Shown here piece after piece: positions 8,442 to 19,500 of a stretch of DNA of 64,000 bases. The notes below the pieces were generated by a model, which saw nothing but the letters and a program-made list of their open reading frames with translations, made no database searches and was not told the DNA's origin. The translations under genes were made by a program, and so were the position numbers. Source of the stretch: Myxococcota bacterium (GTDB lineage Bacteria > Myxococcota_A > UBA9160 > JAFDDA01); the NCBI GenBank assembly GCA_965228475.1, contig OZ245817.1, positions 2,816,001 through 2,880,000 on the forward strand, in the 5' to 3' direction. The first letter of the stretch is position 1; each line of letters opens with the position of its first letter.

Positions 8442-11438
8442 ATGTCGCGCTCGCTACGCACCGGGCTCTCCCTTCTGCTCGTCGTTTCGGCCTTGCCGGG
8501 TGCGGGCTGCCAGCAGGAACCCGTCGACCCGGCCGCCGAACGAGCGGCGCTCGCATGGGAGCAGATGGTGGCGCGCGAGGAAGCCTTGCGCGCACTCGGC
8601 CCGGCGCTCCGCGACCTCGGCCGCTCCGTGATGAACCTTCGCCTCCCCGACCCGAGCGCACGAGCGCGCTTCGGCGTGGTAGCGGTGACGGACGATCTCG
8701 CCGTGCCCACCGCCGCGGGCGCGCCTTCGGGCGTCGCCCGGACGCGAGCCCTCACGGTCCAGCCGATGGGGGAGCCCGCCGCCCCCTCTGGCATCTCGCT
8801 CTGGGACGATCTCTTCGCACGATTCGCCTTCTTCGAACACGCGTCCTTCCAGGCCGAGGCGGGTGATTTCGAAGATGCGGAGCGAACGCGGCTCACCGCG
8901 GCGGTCCGCTTCCGCGCAGCGGGCCGACTCGAAGGAGGATCGCGCGCCGCCCTGCGCGGCCAACTCGAACTCGGCTTCGAGCGAGTCGGCGACCACCCGC
9001 CGGACGACCCGGAGGCTTGGCGCATCGCGTCCTGGCGCACCCTCGGCTTCGAGTTCCAGGAGAGCGCCGGCGCGATGTTCCGAGAGGTCCTCGACGCCGC
9101 CCTGCCCGACCCCGAGGCGCTCCGACGGGCGCGCGAATCCAAGCACGCGCGGCTGGCCGCTGCCCGCCTGGCCGATCCGGACGGCTTCGAGCCGCCGCAC
9201 GCCCATTTCTTCGTGGGCTCCCAGGACCGTCACCCCGGCGTCTCGGTCGTGGACGTGAACGCCGACGGGCTCGACGACGTCTACGTGATGGCCCGCTTCG
9301 GACCGAACCAGCTCTTCGTGAATCGCGGCGACGGCACCTTCACCGAGCAGGCCGCGGCCTACGGCCTCGACGTGGAGGACCACACCGCCGCGGCGCTCTT
9401 CGCCGACTTCGACAACGACGGCGATCCGGACGTCTTCCTCGGCCGGACGCTGGCGCCGAGCCTGTATCTCGAGAACCGGGAAGGTCGCTTCGTCGACACG
9501 TCGAGCGCAGTCCTCGGGGGAGCCGCGCTCCCGGCCCTCGTGAGCTCCCTCGCCGCCGCCGACGTGGACGGCGATGGCCTGCTCGACCTCTACGTCTCGA
9601 CCTACGCGGCGCAGATGCTCGTGGCCGAGGCCGTCGCCAAGGATCGTTCGCGCCGCGAGCTCGGGACGGCACCCGCCACGAGCCTCCTCGAGGCCTTCCT
9701 TCCGCGCCCCGACGCGGAGCGCCTCATGGCGGCCACCCGCGAGGCAGGAGCTCACGAGTACATGTCGCTTCCCGGACCCCCGAACCTGCTCCTCCGCAAC
9801 GCCGGAGGCGGACGCTTCGAAACGAGTCCGGCGGGCGTCGAGCGCGCCTTCCGCAACACCTTCCAGGCCACCTTCGCCGACGTCGACGCCGACGGCGACC
9901 CGGACCTCTACCTCGCCCACGACTTCTCCCCGAACCAGATGCTGCGCAACGAGGGCGCGGGCCGTTTCGCCGACGTGACGGAGCCCACGGGCACCGCCGA
10001 CGTCGGCTTCGGCATGGGCGCCGCCTTCGGCGACTACGACCGTGACGGGCGCGAGGACCTCTACGTCTCGAACATGTTCAGCAAGGCCGGAAAGCGGATC
10101 ACGACGAGCTTCGACGGGGCCGACCCCCGGCTCGCGAAGATGGCCCGCGGCAACACCCTCTTCCGCAACGCCGGTGAGCTTGCCGGCGAGCGCTTCGAAG
10201 TCGTGTCGGGCACCGAGCCGCCGGCCCTCGCCGTCGAGGAGGCCGCCTGGGCCTGGGGCGGGCAGTTCCTCGACGCCGACAACGACGGCTTCCTCGACGT
10301 CTTCGCGCTCTCGGGCTACTACACCGCGCCCACCGACGTCGAATCCTTCGTGGACATCTGAAGCGACTGGTGGCGCGCGGTCGTGCGCACGGATCCGGCG
10401 CTGGAGTTTCCCGACGCCTTCGCCTTCGAGGGCGTGAATCTTCCCGGCCGCCACTTCACGGACGGCGTCTCCCAGAGCGGCCGGGAGCGGAACCACTTCT
10501 TCCTGAGCCGCGAAGCGGCGCGCTTCGACGACGTCTCCGGACTTTCCGGACTCGACCACCCCGCCGACGGCCGCGCCTTCGCCGTACTCGACTTCGACCG
10601 CGACGGCTTCCCGGACCTCGCCGTGGTGAACGCCAACGAGCCGTTCTTCCAGCTCTTCCGCAACGAGCTCGGCGATGCCGGCGGACGCTTCCTGGTCGTC
10701 ACCCTCGAGGGCGCCAACCGCACCGCCGCAGCGCGCCCCGGGTCGAGCCCGCGTGACGGCGCCGGGGCCCGCGTCGAAGTCCGCGTCGGTGAGACGCGGC
10801 TCCTTCGCGAGTTCCGGCTCGGCGAAGGCTTCGCCGCCCAGAACCATGGACGCCTGCTCTTCGGCCTCGGCGAAGCGGACCGCGCCGAGGCGGTCGAAGT
10901 GGTCTGGCCGTCCGGGGAGCGCCAGCAGCTCACCGCGGTCGAAGCCGGCACCCGTGTGCATTTCCGCCAGGACGCCGACCCCGAACGGCTCGCGTGGACG
11001 CCGACCCCGCCGCCGGCCGCAGCGCCCCGCGACGGCGGCGCCCGGCTCCTCGCGAACCTCCCGGACCCGAGCGGCCGCCCGCTCCGGGTCCTCACCACCC
11101 AGGCCAACTGGTGCGAAGCCTGCGTCGCCGAGCTGCCGCACGTCGCCCTCCTCCGGGACGCCTTCCAGGACGCGAGCTGGTGGGGCATCCCCGTGGAACC
11201 CGCGGACGACCGGGCCGCGCTCGAACGCTGGCGTGCCGAGCACCGCCCGGCCTACGAACTCCTCGTCGACCTTCCGCTCGCTGCACGCGCGGCCGCCTCG
11301 GCGCACGTGAAGCGCGCCCTCGGCCGGGAGGCCCTGCCCGCCACGATCGTGACGGATGCGGAGGGCCGGGTGCTCCGGACCCGCTTCGGGCCGCCGACGA
11401 TCTCCGAGCTTCGCGCCCTGCACGCGAGCCTCCCCTAG
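8442..11438 (+). CDS. FG-GAP/CRTAC1-like + ASPIC/UnbV + thioredoxin-fold (CxxC) lipoprotein; in-frame TGA at 10359-10361 is a putative selenocysteine
   Basis: ORFs 8442-10361 and 10383-11438 share a frame and are separated only by TGA; repeat architecture continues across it; SECIS-like hairpin follows; lipobox GAGC; NWCEAC near C-terminus. Confidence 0.78.
10370..10390 (+). promoter_or_regulatory. Putative bacterial SECIS element
   Basis: GCGCGC-GGTC-GTGCGC stem-loop; upper stem starts 11 nt after the TGA; extendable by GT/AC with a bulged G. Confidence 0.7.
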
Positions 11439-11448
11439 GATCCCCCAC

Positions 11449-12249
11449 GTGAGACGAAGACTCGCGAGCCCGGCCCTGCTCTGCGCACTCCTCTTGGCCG
11501 TGAGCGGCTGTGGGCCCGAGCGCCGCTTCGAGGCCGCGCGGCGCGGAGCCGTCGAGTACTTCGCGCGAGAGGTCCGGACGGTCGACCCGGGCTGGGCCAA
11601 CCTGTTCGGCTACCTCCATCGGCGCTTCGGCCTCGAGCTCGTGAACGCGGCCGGCGCCGCGCTCCACGAAGTCCCGATGGAGCAGGAGCGCCCGGAGCTC
11701 GCGGCCATCTTCCGGCGCCTCGTCGATCCGGGCGCCCGCGTCCCGAAACGGACGATCGCCGAGCTCTCGACGCCGATCGACCGGATGACGGCGAGCGCCT
11801 TGCATTGCGATCGCATCCGCCTGCCCGAGAACTGGAACGACGTGCTCCGCGAGGCGACGCGCATCGGCGGGTACGCCCTCACCCACGCCGCGCTCGCGAG
11901 CCAATGGACCCTCGAGCAGGGCTGCCGGCCGGAGATCGAGGTCGCCGTCCTGCAGGAGCGTCAGATCGAGGCGCTCGGCGCGCTCGTGGACGGACGCGAC
12001 ACCCTCACCGTCGGGAACGCGACCGACCTGTGGATCGAGGCGCTCGTGATGCTCTACTACCTGGGCGCGGCGGACCGCATCGACCCCGCGTGGCTCGAGG
12101 CGCTGCTCGATGCCCAGCGCCCCGACGGCGGCTGGCCGCTCGGGCCCGGCGCGAAGCGCTCGGACCCGCATCCGACGGCCCTCGCCCTCTGGGTCCTGCT
12201 CGAGAACCTCGAGCCCGACGCGGCCCCCATCCGCTGGATCGCGCGCTAG
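11449..12249 (+). CDS. Hypothetical lipoprotein with prenyltransferase/squalene-cyclase-like QW repeat
   Basis: Lipobox AVSGC; LLDAQRPDGGW...HPTALALW; GTG 10 nt after the upstream stop. Confidence 0.65.
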   Translation: MRRRLASPALLCALLLAVSGCGPERRFEAARRGAVEYFAREVRTVDPGWANLFGYLHRRFGLELVNAAGAALHEVPMEQERPELAAIFRRLVDPGARVPKRTIAELSTPIDRMTASALHCDRIRLPENWNDVLREATRIGGYALTHAALASQWTLEQGCRPEIEVAVLQERQIEALGALVDGRDTLTVGNATDLWIEALVMLYYLGAADRIDPAWLEALLDAQRPDGGWPLGPGAKRSDPHPTALALWVLLENLEPDAAPIRWIAR

Positions 12250-12263
12250 GGCTGGATCCCGCG

Positions 12264-13406
12264 CTAGGGCCGGGCGTCGATCAGGGCGCGGAGCTCCGCA
12301 AGCTCCTCGGCATCCCCGGGCGGAAGCGACTCCTCCGCACTCTCGAAGCTCGCCAGCAGCTCGCGCTCGAGCAGGGCGAAGGCATCGCGCGCCAGGGGTT
12401 CGCCCGGCGCCATGCGGATGGAGGTCTCGAGCAGGAACGGAGCGGAGGTGACCCAGTAGTTGCGTCCGATCCACGCCTCGGTGAGTCCGAGCAGGTAGTA
12501 GGCCTCCGCCGTCTCCGCGGAGGGGCCGGGGTCCGCCTCGACGAAGCGCTCCAGCACACTCGAAGCGGCCACGTAGTGAGCGACGGATCGATGGCTGTCC
12601 GGGACCGTGGCGAGGCCGCGCGCCTCTTCGACGAGGGCCCGGGCCACGGCGAGCCGCGGCGGCCCCGCCGTACGCGCGCGCAGCTCCGGAAGCGCCGCGA
12701 TCCACGCTTCGACGTCGCGGCGAAGGGCCGACCAGAGATCGGGCCGGCGGGCGAATCGTTCGAGCACGGGAACCGGGCGATCGAAGTCCTGCTGGATCCG
12801 GACCGAAACCACGAGCAGATCGGTCAGGGCCCCGAGCAGCATCGCCGGATGATCGGGCGAAGCCAGCTGGGCCTCGATCGTGGCCAGCGCGTCGTCGAAA
12901 CGCCGCGTCGCCAGCTGAAGGGCCGCACGCTGGTCGGGAGGCAAGGCGGCCAGCCCTTCGACGTCGAGGAAGCCCTTCGCGAGCGGCCGATCGGCCGTAT
13001 CGGGGAGCCGCGAATGGCACACGATGCAGCTCTCCGTGATGCGACGGACGAGGAACGCAGCCCGATCGCGGCGGCCCGCTTCGTAGGCCTGGGCGACCCG
13101 TGCGGTGTCGTAGGCGATCGACCGCGCGAGGAAGCCGCCCTGGGCATCCCCCTCGACGTGATCCACGAGCCGGTCGGTGCTGGTCGACAGCCGAGCCAGC
13201 GCCGCCTCGAACTCGGCGGCCTTCGCGGGGTCCTCGAAGGGCTCCGGTTCGGCACTCGCCGGCAACAAGACCTGGATCGCCCGGTAGATCTCCCCCATCA
13301 GCGCCCGCGTCTCGGTATCGCCGCCGGGCGTGGTCTCGTCACTGCCGCACGCGACCACGCACAGCGCCGCCAACACCGCCGCCGCCCGGAACCCCCTTCG
13401 CACCAT
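12264..13406 (-). CDS. c-type cytochrome lipoprotein (single CxxCH) with TPR-like C-terminus
   Basis: Lipobox VVAC; helical region ending in CIVCH; AEAYYLLG TPR-like motif. Confidence 0.7.
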   Translation of the reverse strand: MVRRGFRAAAVLAALCVVACGSDETTPGGDTETRALMGEIYRAIQVLLPASAEPEPFEDPAKAAEFEAALARLSTSTDRLVDHVEGDAQGGFLARSIAYDTARVAQAYEAGRRDRAAFLVRRITESCIVCHSRLPDTADRPLAKGFLDVEGLAALPPDQRAALQLATRRFDDALATIEAQLASPDHPAMLLGALTDLLVVSVRIQQDFDRPVPVLERFARRPDLWSALRRDVEAWIAALPELRARTAGPPRLAVARALVEEARGLATVPDSHRSVAHYVAASSVLERFVEADPGPSAETAEAYYLLGLTEAWIGRNYWVTSAPFLLETSIRMAPGEPLARDAFALLERELLASFESAEESLPPGDAEELAELRALIDARP

Positions 13407-13539
13407 GGAACACCCCCTGTTCGCTCGAGCCTTTCAGTGAAACCTCCGACACCCAACGCCGATTGCAACCCTTCGGGCCGCATCGACCCCGGGAAACCGC
13501 CGGCTAGGCTGAGGGGACGCCCGGCCCGGAGAGGAGACG

Positions 13540-15093
13540 ATGCAGCTCGACCCCGCCCGCGAAGTTCGCCTCGTCCTCGGGGATCAGCTCGATGCCCGGC
13601 ACGAGTGGTTCGCCGAGGCCGACCCGGGCGTCCTCTACCTGATCATGGAAATGCGCCAGGAGACGGACTACGCGCGGCACCACGTGCAGAAGGTCCTCGC
13701 ATTCTTCCTCGCCATGCGGGCGTTCGCGGACGAGCGCCGCGCCGACGGGCACCGGGTGCACTACCTCGCGCTCGACGACCCGGCCAACACGCACTCGCTC
13801 GCGGAGAACCTCGAAGCCGTCCTCGAGGCCTGCGGAGCCCGCCACTTCGCCTACCAGGAACCGGACTCCTGGCGCGTCGACCGGCAGCTCGCCGCCTTCA
13901 CCGAGACACTCGAAGGCGTCGAGTCCCGCAGGGTCGAGGACGCCCACTTCCTGACTCGCCGCCACGAAGCCGCCGAACACTTCCGCGGCAAGAAGACGTG
14001 GGTGATGGAGAGCTTCTACCGCGCGATGCGGAAGAAGCACGCCATCCTGATCGAGTCCGACGATGCGCCGGCCGGGGGCAAGTGGAACTTCGACGCCTCG
14101 AACCGCAAGCGGCTTCCGAAGGGCCTGGCACCCCCTCCGCCCCGGGTCTTCGACCGGGACGTCGGCGACCTGCTCTCGATGCTCGACCGCTGCGGCGTCG
14201 AGACCCTCGGCCGGGTCGAGCCGGATCGTTTCGGATGGCCCGTCACCCGCGAGGAAGGCCTCGAGACCCTGCGCTACTTCGTCGACACGCTGCTGCCCCA
14301 CTTCGGCGACTACCAGGACGCGATGACCCCCGAGAGCTGGAGCCTCTTCCACTCCCGCCTCTCCTTCGTCCTGAACGCGAAGCTCATCTCGCCGCGGGAG
14401 GTCGTCGCGGCGGTCGAGGCGCGCTGGCGGTCCGACCCGGAGCACGCCGACATCGCCCAGGTCGAGGGTTTCGTGCGCCAGGTCCTCGGCTGGCGCGAGT
14501 ACATGCGGGGCCTCTACTGGGAGCACATGCCGGAGTTCGCCGAACGGAACTTCTTCGCTCACGACCGCCCCCTGCCGGGCTGGTACTGGACCGGCGAAAC
14601 CCGCATGGCCTGCCTGCGCCACGCCATCGGCCAGACCCTCGACCACGCCTACGCCCACCACATCCAGCGGCTCATGGTGACCGGGAACTTCGCGCTGCTC
14701 GTCGGCGTGGACCCGGACGCCGTCGACGCCTGGTACCTCGGCGTCTACGTCGACGCGCTCCACTGGGTCGAGGTCACCAACACCCGGGGCATGAGCCAGT
14801 TCGCCGACGGCGGCCTGGTCGGGACCAAGCCCTACGTGAGCAGCGCCAACTACCTGAAGAAGATGGGGCCCTATTGCACCGGCTGCGCCTACTCCGCCAG
14901 CGAGCGCGTGGGAGAAGGCGCCTGCCCGTTCAACAGCCTCTACTGGCACTTCCACCATCGCCACCGGGAGAAGCTCGAGGGCAACCCGCGGATCGGCATG
15001 GTCTACCGGACGTGGGACAAGATGTCGCGCGAACGGCGCGAGGCCCTGCTCTCGACGGCCGAGGCCCACCTCGAGAACCTCGAGCAGCTCTAG
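13540..15093 (+). CDS. FeS-type cryptochrome/(6-4) photolyase (PhrB/CryB family)
   Basis: LVLGDQL, HHVQK, GGKWNFDASNR, YAHHIQRLMVTGNF, KPYVSSANY; Cys ligands MAC, YCTGC, ACPF. Confidence 0.93.
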   Translation: MQLDPAREVRLVLGDQLDARHEWFAEADPGVLYLIMEMRQETDYARHHVQKVLAFFLAMRAFADERRADGHRVHYLALDDPANTHSLAENLEAVLEACGARHFAYQEPDSWRVDRQLAAFTETLEGVESRRVEDAHFLTRRHEAAEHFRGKKTWVMESFYRAMRKKHAILIESDDAPAGGKWNFDASNRKRLPKGLAPPPPRVFDRDVGDLLSMLDRCGVETLGRVEPDRFGWPVTREEGLETLRYFVDTLLPHFGDYQDAMTPESWSLFHSRLSFVLNAKLISPREVVAAVEARWRSDPEHADIAQVEGFVRQVLGWREYMRGLYWEHMPEFAERNFFAHDRPLPGWYWTGETRMACLRHAIGQTLDHAYAHHIQRLMVTGNFALLVGVDPDAVDAWYLGVYVDALHWVEVTNTRGMSQFADGGLVGTKPYVSSANYLKKMGPYCTGCAYSASERVGEGACPFNSLYWHFHHRHREKLEGNPRIGMVYRTWDKMSRERREALLSTAEAHLENLEQL

Positions 15094-15155
15094 GAAGGCG
15101 CGATCGAGGCGCTCGCGAGCCCGGGGACGGAGTAGAATCGGCCGACGGAGGGACC

Positions 15156-16550
15156 ATGGCCTTCTCCGAACGCCTCACCGCTCTCGACGCATCGTTCCTG
15201 GACATCGAGGACCCGGGCACCCACATGCACGTGGGCGCCGTGCTGCTGCTCGACGCCGCGCCGGTGCGCGACGCCGACGGGCACCTCGATGCCGGCCGCA
15301 TCACCCAGATGGTCGGCGCCCGCATCCACGACTTCCCGCGCTATCGCCAGCGGCTGGAGACCATCCCCGTCGAGGGCCACCCGGCCTGGGTGGACGATGC
15401 GGACTTCAACCTCGACTACCACGTCCGGCACACGGCCCTGCCCGCGCCCGGGGACATCCGCCAGCTCAAGCGCCTGGCCGGCCGCATCATGTCCCAGAAG
15501 CTCGACCGCGGAAAACCGCTGTGGGAGATGTGGCTCGTCGAGGGGCTCGAGGGCGACCGCTTCGCAGTGATCGCGAAGGTGCATCACTGCATGATCGACG
15601 GGGTTTCGGGCGTCGACCTGATCGCGGCCCTGCTGCGTCCGACGCCGGACGCGGAGGTCGAAACCGCTCCGCCCTGGGAGCCGCGGCCCGCGCCCTCGGG
15701 CGGCGCCCTGCTCTCCTACAGCGTCGCGCGGCGTGCGCTGGCCCCGCTGACCCTCGCCCGCAAGGCCGGAGACGCCGTCCGCTCCCCCCGCAGGACGATC
15801 GGCTCCCTGCGCGACGGCCTGGATGCGGTGACCGAGGTGATCGGCGCGGGCCTCACCGGGGCCTCGCCCACGTCACTCAATCCGGAGGCCATCGGGCCGC
15901 ACCGCCGCTTCGATTGGATCCGCTTCGAACTCGAAGCCATGCGCAAGCTCGCCCACTCGCGCGGAGGGACCCTGAACGATGCGGTCCTCGCCACCGTCGC
16001 CGGAGCCCTCCGCTCCTTCCTGCGCAATCGCGGCGACGACGTCGACGAGCTCGACTTCCGCGTGATGGTCCCGGTCAGCACCCGCGAGAAGGACGAGCGC
16101 GGAAAGCTCGGCAACCGCGTCTCGCAGATGATGGTGCCCCTGCCGGTGAACGCCTCGATGCCCCAGGACCGCCTCATGCGCATCCTCGAGGCCACGAGCG
16201 AGGCGAAGCGTTCGGGCCAGGCCTACGGCGCCGAGCTGATCGAGAACTTCAGCGATTGGATCATGCCGGGGCTCGTCACCCAGACCGTGCGGCTCCAGGC
16301 ACGCTCCCTGCCCTTCAACCTGGTGGTGACCAACGTGCCGGGGCCGCCGGTGCCGCTCTACCTGCTCGAAGCCCCGCTGCTCGAGATCTATCCCGTCGTG
16401 CCGCTCTTCAGCAACCAGGCGCTCGGGCTGGCGCTCTTCAGCTACAACGACGCCCTCTACTGGGGTCTCAACTCCGATTGGGACCGCGTGCCGGATCTCC
16501 ACGACTTCGTGGAGGCGCTGATCAGCTCCTGGCAGGAGCTCGAGAAGTAG
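15156..16550 (+). CDS. Wax ester synthase/diacylglycerol acyltransferase (WS/DGAT)
   Basis: RLTALDASFL, catalytic HHCMIDG, NLVVTNVPGP; GGAGGG RBS. Confidence 0.93.
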   Translation: MAFSERLTALDASFLDIEDPGTHMHVGAVLLLDAAPVRDADGHLDAGRITQMVGARIHDFPRYRQRLETIPVEGHPAWVDDADFNLDYHVRHTALPAPGDIRQLKRLAGRIMSQKLDRGKPLWEMWLVEGLEGDRFAVIAKVHHCMIDGVSGVDLIAALLRPTPDAEVETAPPWEPRPAPSGGALLSYSVARRALAPLTLARKAGDAVRSPRRTIGSLRDGLDAVTEVIGAGLTGASPTSLNPEAIGPHRRFDWIRFELEAMRKLAHSRGGTLNDAVLATVAGALRSFLRNRGDDVDELDFRVMVPVSTREKDERGKLGNRVSQMMVPLPVNASMPQDRLMRILEATSEAKRSGQAYGAELIENFSDWIMPGLVTQTVRLQARSLPFNLVVTNVPGPPVPLYLLEAPLLEIYPVVPLFSNQALGLALFSYNDALYWGLNSDWDRVPDLHDFVEALISSWQELEK

Positions 16551-19500
16551 CTCCCGGGACGCCGCCCCGTCTCCGGCGGTTGCGCATCACCAGGATCAGA
16601 CTCAAGAGCGGCGCGACCTCTCCGCCGAGGCCGCAGTTCATCGGCCACTCGTTGTCGTCTTCGGGGCTCGCGCAGTCGGGGTCCTGGCCGAAGTCCACGA
16701 GACCGTCGAGGTCGTTGTCGACGCCGTCGGCGCACTGGGGCGGCGGGGGCGGTGTGAAGATCTCGGTGACGTGCAGGAGCGCGTCGAAGGCGATCCGCGC
16801 GCCGATGTGGCGCGAGACGATGTCGTCCTGGGGCGGATGGATGCCGCCCCAGATCCGCGAGAGGCTGGTCTGGTCGGAGGCGTCGTAGTACGTCGCATAC
16901 TGCAGCTTCAGCGGGACGCTCGGGCCGTCTTCGAAGACCAGGAAGGCATCCTTCGGCGCCTCGAACTCGCCGTAGCCACCGGGGAAGTACGGCGAGCCCG
17001 TGAGCGAGTCGAGCACCATGGCGGCGGCCCGGCTGTACGCGCTGTGGCCGGACGGGAACCCGGCGAAGGGCGGCGAGACGAAGCTCGGCCGCTGGTAGGG
17101 CCACCAGTCCTTCGCGAGGATCCAATCGACGCCGGCCACGTCCAACTCGGGGTCGACGATGAAGCCCGGGCCCCGCCAGGCGAGGATCGCGATCTCGTTC
17201 ACGTGCTCCGCGAGGTGCTCGTGCCGCTCGCCCGGAGCGCTGCTCGCCACCGTCACCAGCTCGATGAACCCCGGTCGGAGCTCGAAGCCTTCGGCGTCGT
17301 AGCGCGGGAGGCCGGGGTCGGAGCGCTGCCCGCGCTCGGCCATGGCGCGCAGAGCCGACACCGGCCGGACGTAGTCGTACCAGCCCTTCATGCCCCAGAC
17401 GGCCACGGCCACGTCGTGCATCGTGCCGCCGAGGGCGAGGTAGAGCTTCACGTCCCACTCGAGGTCGTCGAGCAGCGGGCCCCGGCCGCCGATCCGCTTC
17501 TCGGCCAGGTTGTCGCTCACGTAGTTCGCGATCGCGAACCAGTGGCCCGGCGGCGTCTCCGAATCCGGTCCGTCCGCCCAGAACTCCGCGAGGACCCGCG
17601 CGTAGTCGGCACGCGGAACCACCTGGGGCTCGTAGGGCAGCCCGGTCGCGGGGTTCATCGCGTGGCCGGTTCCCCAGTCCCACCCCTGCTCGAAGTCGTA
17701 GTACGTCCGCCACTCGTCCGGCTCCGGCAGCGGCGCGTTGCCGTTCGATGCCGGCGAGATGTCCCACATCACACCGTCGGCGGGGTCGAGGTGGCTGCTC
17801 CAGAGCGCGACCATCTCGAAACCGTCGAGGTAGTCCTCCGCGGTCGGGGTGCCGAGCAGCGGGGGCGGGCCCGGGTCGTGGTAGACCCAATAGTCGAACC
17901 CTCCGCGCGAGAAGACCGTCGCGTCCTCGGCGGCCAACGAGAACGGCACGACCTGACCCCACTCGGGGCTCAGGAAAGGCGGCGTACCGCCGGGGATCGG
18001 GTTCCCGCTCTGGTCGATGAAGAAGTCGAGCGCGAGAGGCTGCCAGAGGTTCGGGAACAGGATGCCCGGGTTGCCCGGAAGCGTCACGATGAGCGGCGGA
18101 TTCGACGGTTCGTAGTACTGGTTCGCGTAGCCGCCCTGCTCGTTCGATCCGTCCGCCAGGCCGAAGGCCAGCACGGCTTCGGCGATGCGGTTGCCGAGCT
18201 CCGCTGCGGGGTCGGCGCCGCCCGAGGTGGCGGTGTAGCTCGGGTCGTAGCCGAGCTGCGTCATGCGGGCGTCGAAGGAGATCTGGGAAAAGGATGCGCC
18301 CGGCGACGCGGCGAAACGTGCGGAGAGGATCCGGTAGGCCGCGTAGCTGATCGTGCGGGCGCGCGCGGCCGGGACGTCGGCGGCGACGGAGCGCTCTTCG
18401 TGAAGCACCTGGGCCGGGGTCGTTGCGTAGGCGGCCCAGGCGTCCCACATAGCGGCGGAGACGTGGAACAGGTTTCGCGCATGGACGGTCGGGCGCGCGA
18501 AGTCGCGGCGGATCGCGTTCAGGAGTTCCTCGTTCCACTGCCGGGCGACCGAGCGGTCGTCCTCGCAGGCATCGCCGATGCCGTCGAGATCCGCGTCCTC
18601 CTGGAGCGGGTTCGCCACCACGGGGCAGTTGTCCTCGGTGTTCGGCCAGCCGTCCCCGTCGGCGTCGTCCGGCTGGCAGACGTCCCCGATCCCGTCGACG
18701 TTCGCGTCCTCCTGGCCCGGGTTCCCGTGGCCTGGGCAGTTGTCGTCGGCGTCGTCGATGCCGTCGGCGTCGGCGTCGACTTCGAGGTAATCGGGCGTCC
18801 CGTCCCCGTCCGCGTCGTCGTCGGCCGGGTTGCCGTTGCCGTTCGCGTCTTCGTCGCGGGTCGGCACGCCGTCGCCATCGTCGTCGGCGTCGAGCGCGTC
18901 GATGGTTCCGTCGCCGTCGGAGTCCCGGGGCGAGGCGACGGAGCCGATCTCCTGTCCGTCCGACAGGCCGTCGCCATCGCTGTCGGCGGCCGCCGGATTC
19001 GTGCCGAGGACCGCTTCGTCGGCATCGCTCAGGCCATCCCCGTCGCCATCGGGCTGGCCCACGGGCGGCACGAGCACGATCTCCTGATTGACCGCGACCG
19101 TGCCGAAGATCGCGGTCCCGAGCCCGGGCCAGGTGGCGGTCAGCTGGTGGATCGGCCCGGGGTGGTCGCCGAGGCCGAAGTGGAGCGTCCGCTCGCTCTC
19201 GCCGAGGAAATGGCTCGAGGCGCCGACGTGCCGGACCTGGACCGGCCCGCCGGGGTCGGCCTGGAGCGTCACGACCGCGCCGATGCCGTCGGCGTTGAAG
19301 CCCGGGCCGCCCGCGATGCGCACGCGCAACCATTCGTTCCCGCCGTCTTCGTCGTTGCGATAGAGCACGCCCGTGGCCGCGTTGTTCGCCACGAACAGGT
19401 CGAGATCTCCGTCCCGGTCGTAGTCGAAGGTCAAGAGGCCCTTGCCCGAGCCGAGATCCGTGAGCCCCAGGCCGGCCGAGACCTCCGGCATCGCCCCGGG

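Noticed and set aside
10359..10361. Interpretation of the TGA as a pseudogene lesion or a true gene boundary
   Set aside because: Disfavoured rather than excluded: both halves look intact, the stop splits a repeat blade, a correctly spaced SECIS-like hairpin follows, and the downstream GTG has no clear RBS.
11805..16550. 1581-aa ORF suggesting a giant WS/DGAT fusion
   Set aside because: Only the part from ATG 15156 (with RBS) is protein-like; the upstream part overlaps the photolyase and cytochrome genes in other frames.
18560..19050. Repetitive GTCGCCGTC-rich tract as a CRISPR array or DNA repeat element
   Set aside because: Explained by coding DxDGDG Ca-binding repeats; no constant repeat-spacer pattern and no cas genes.
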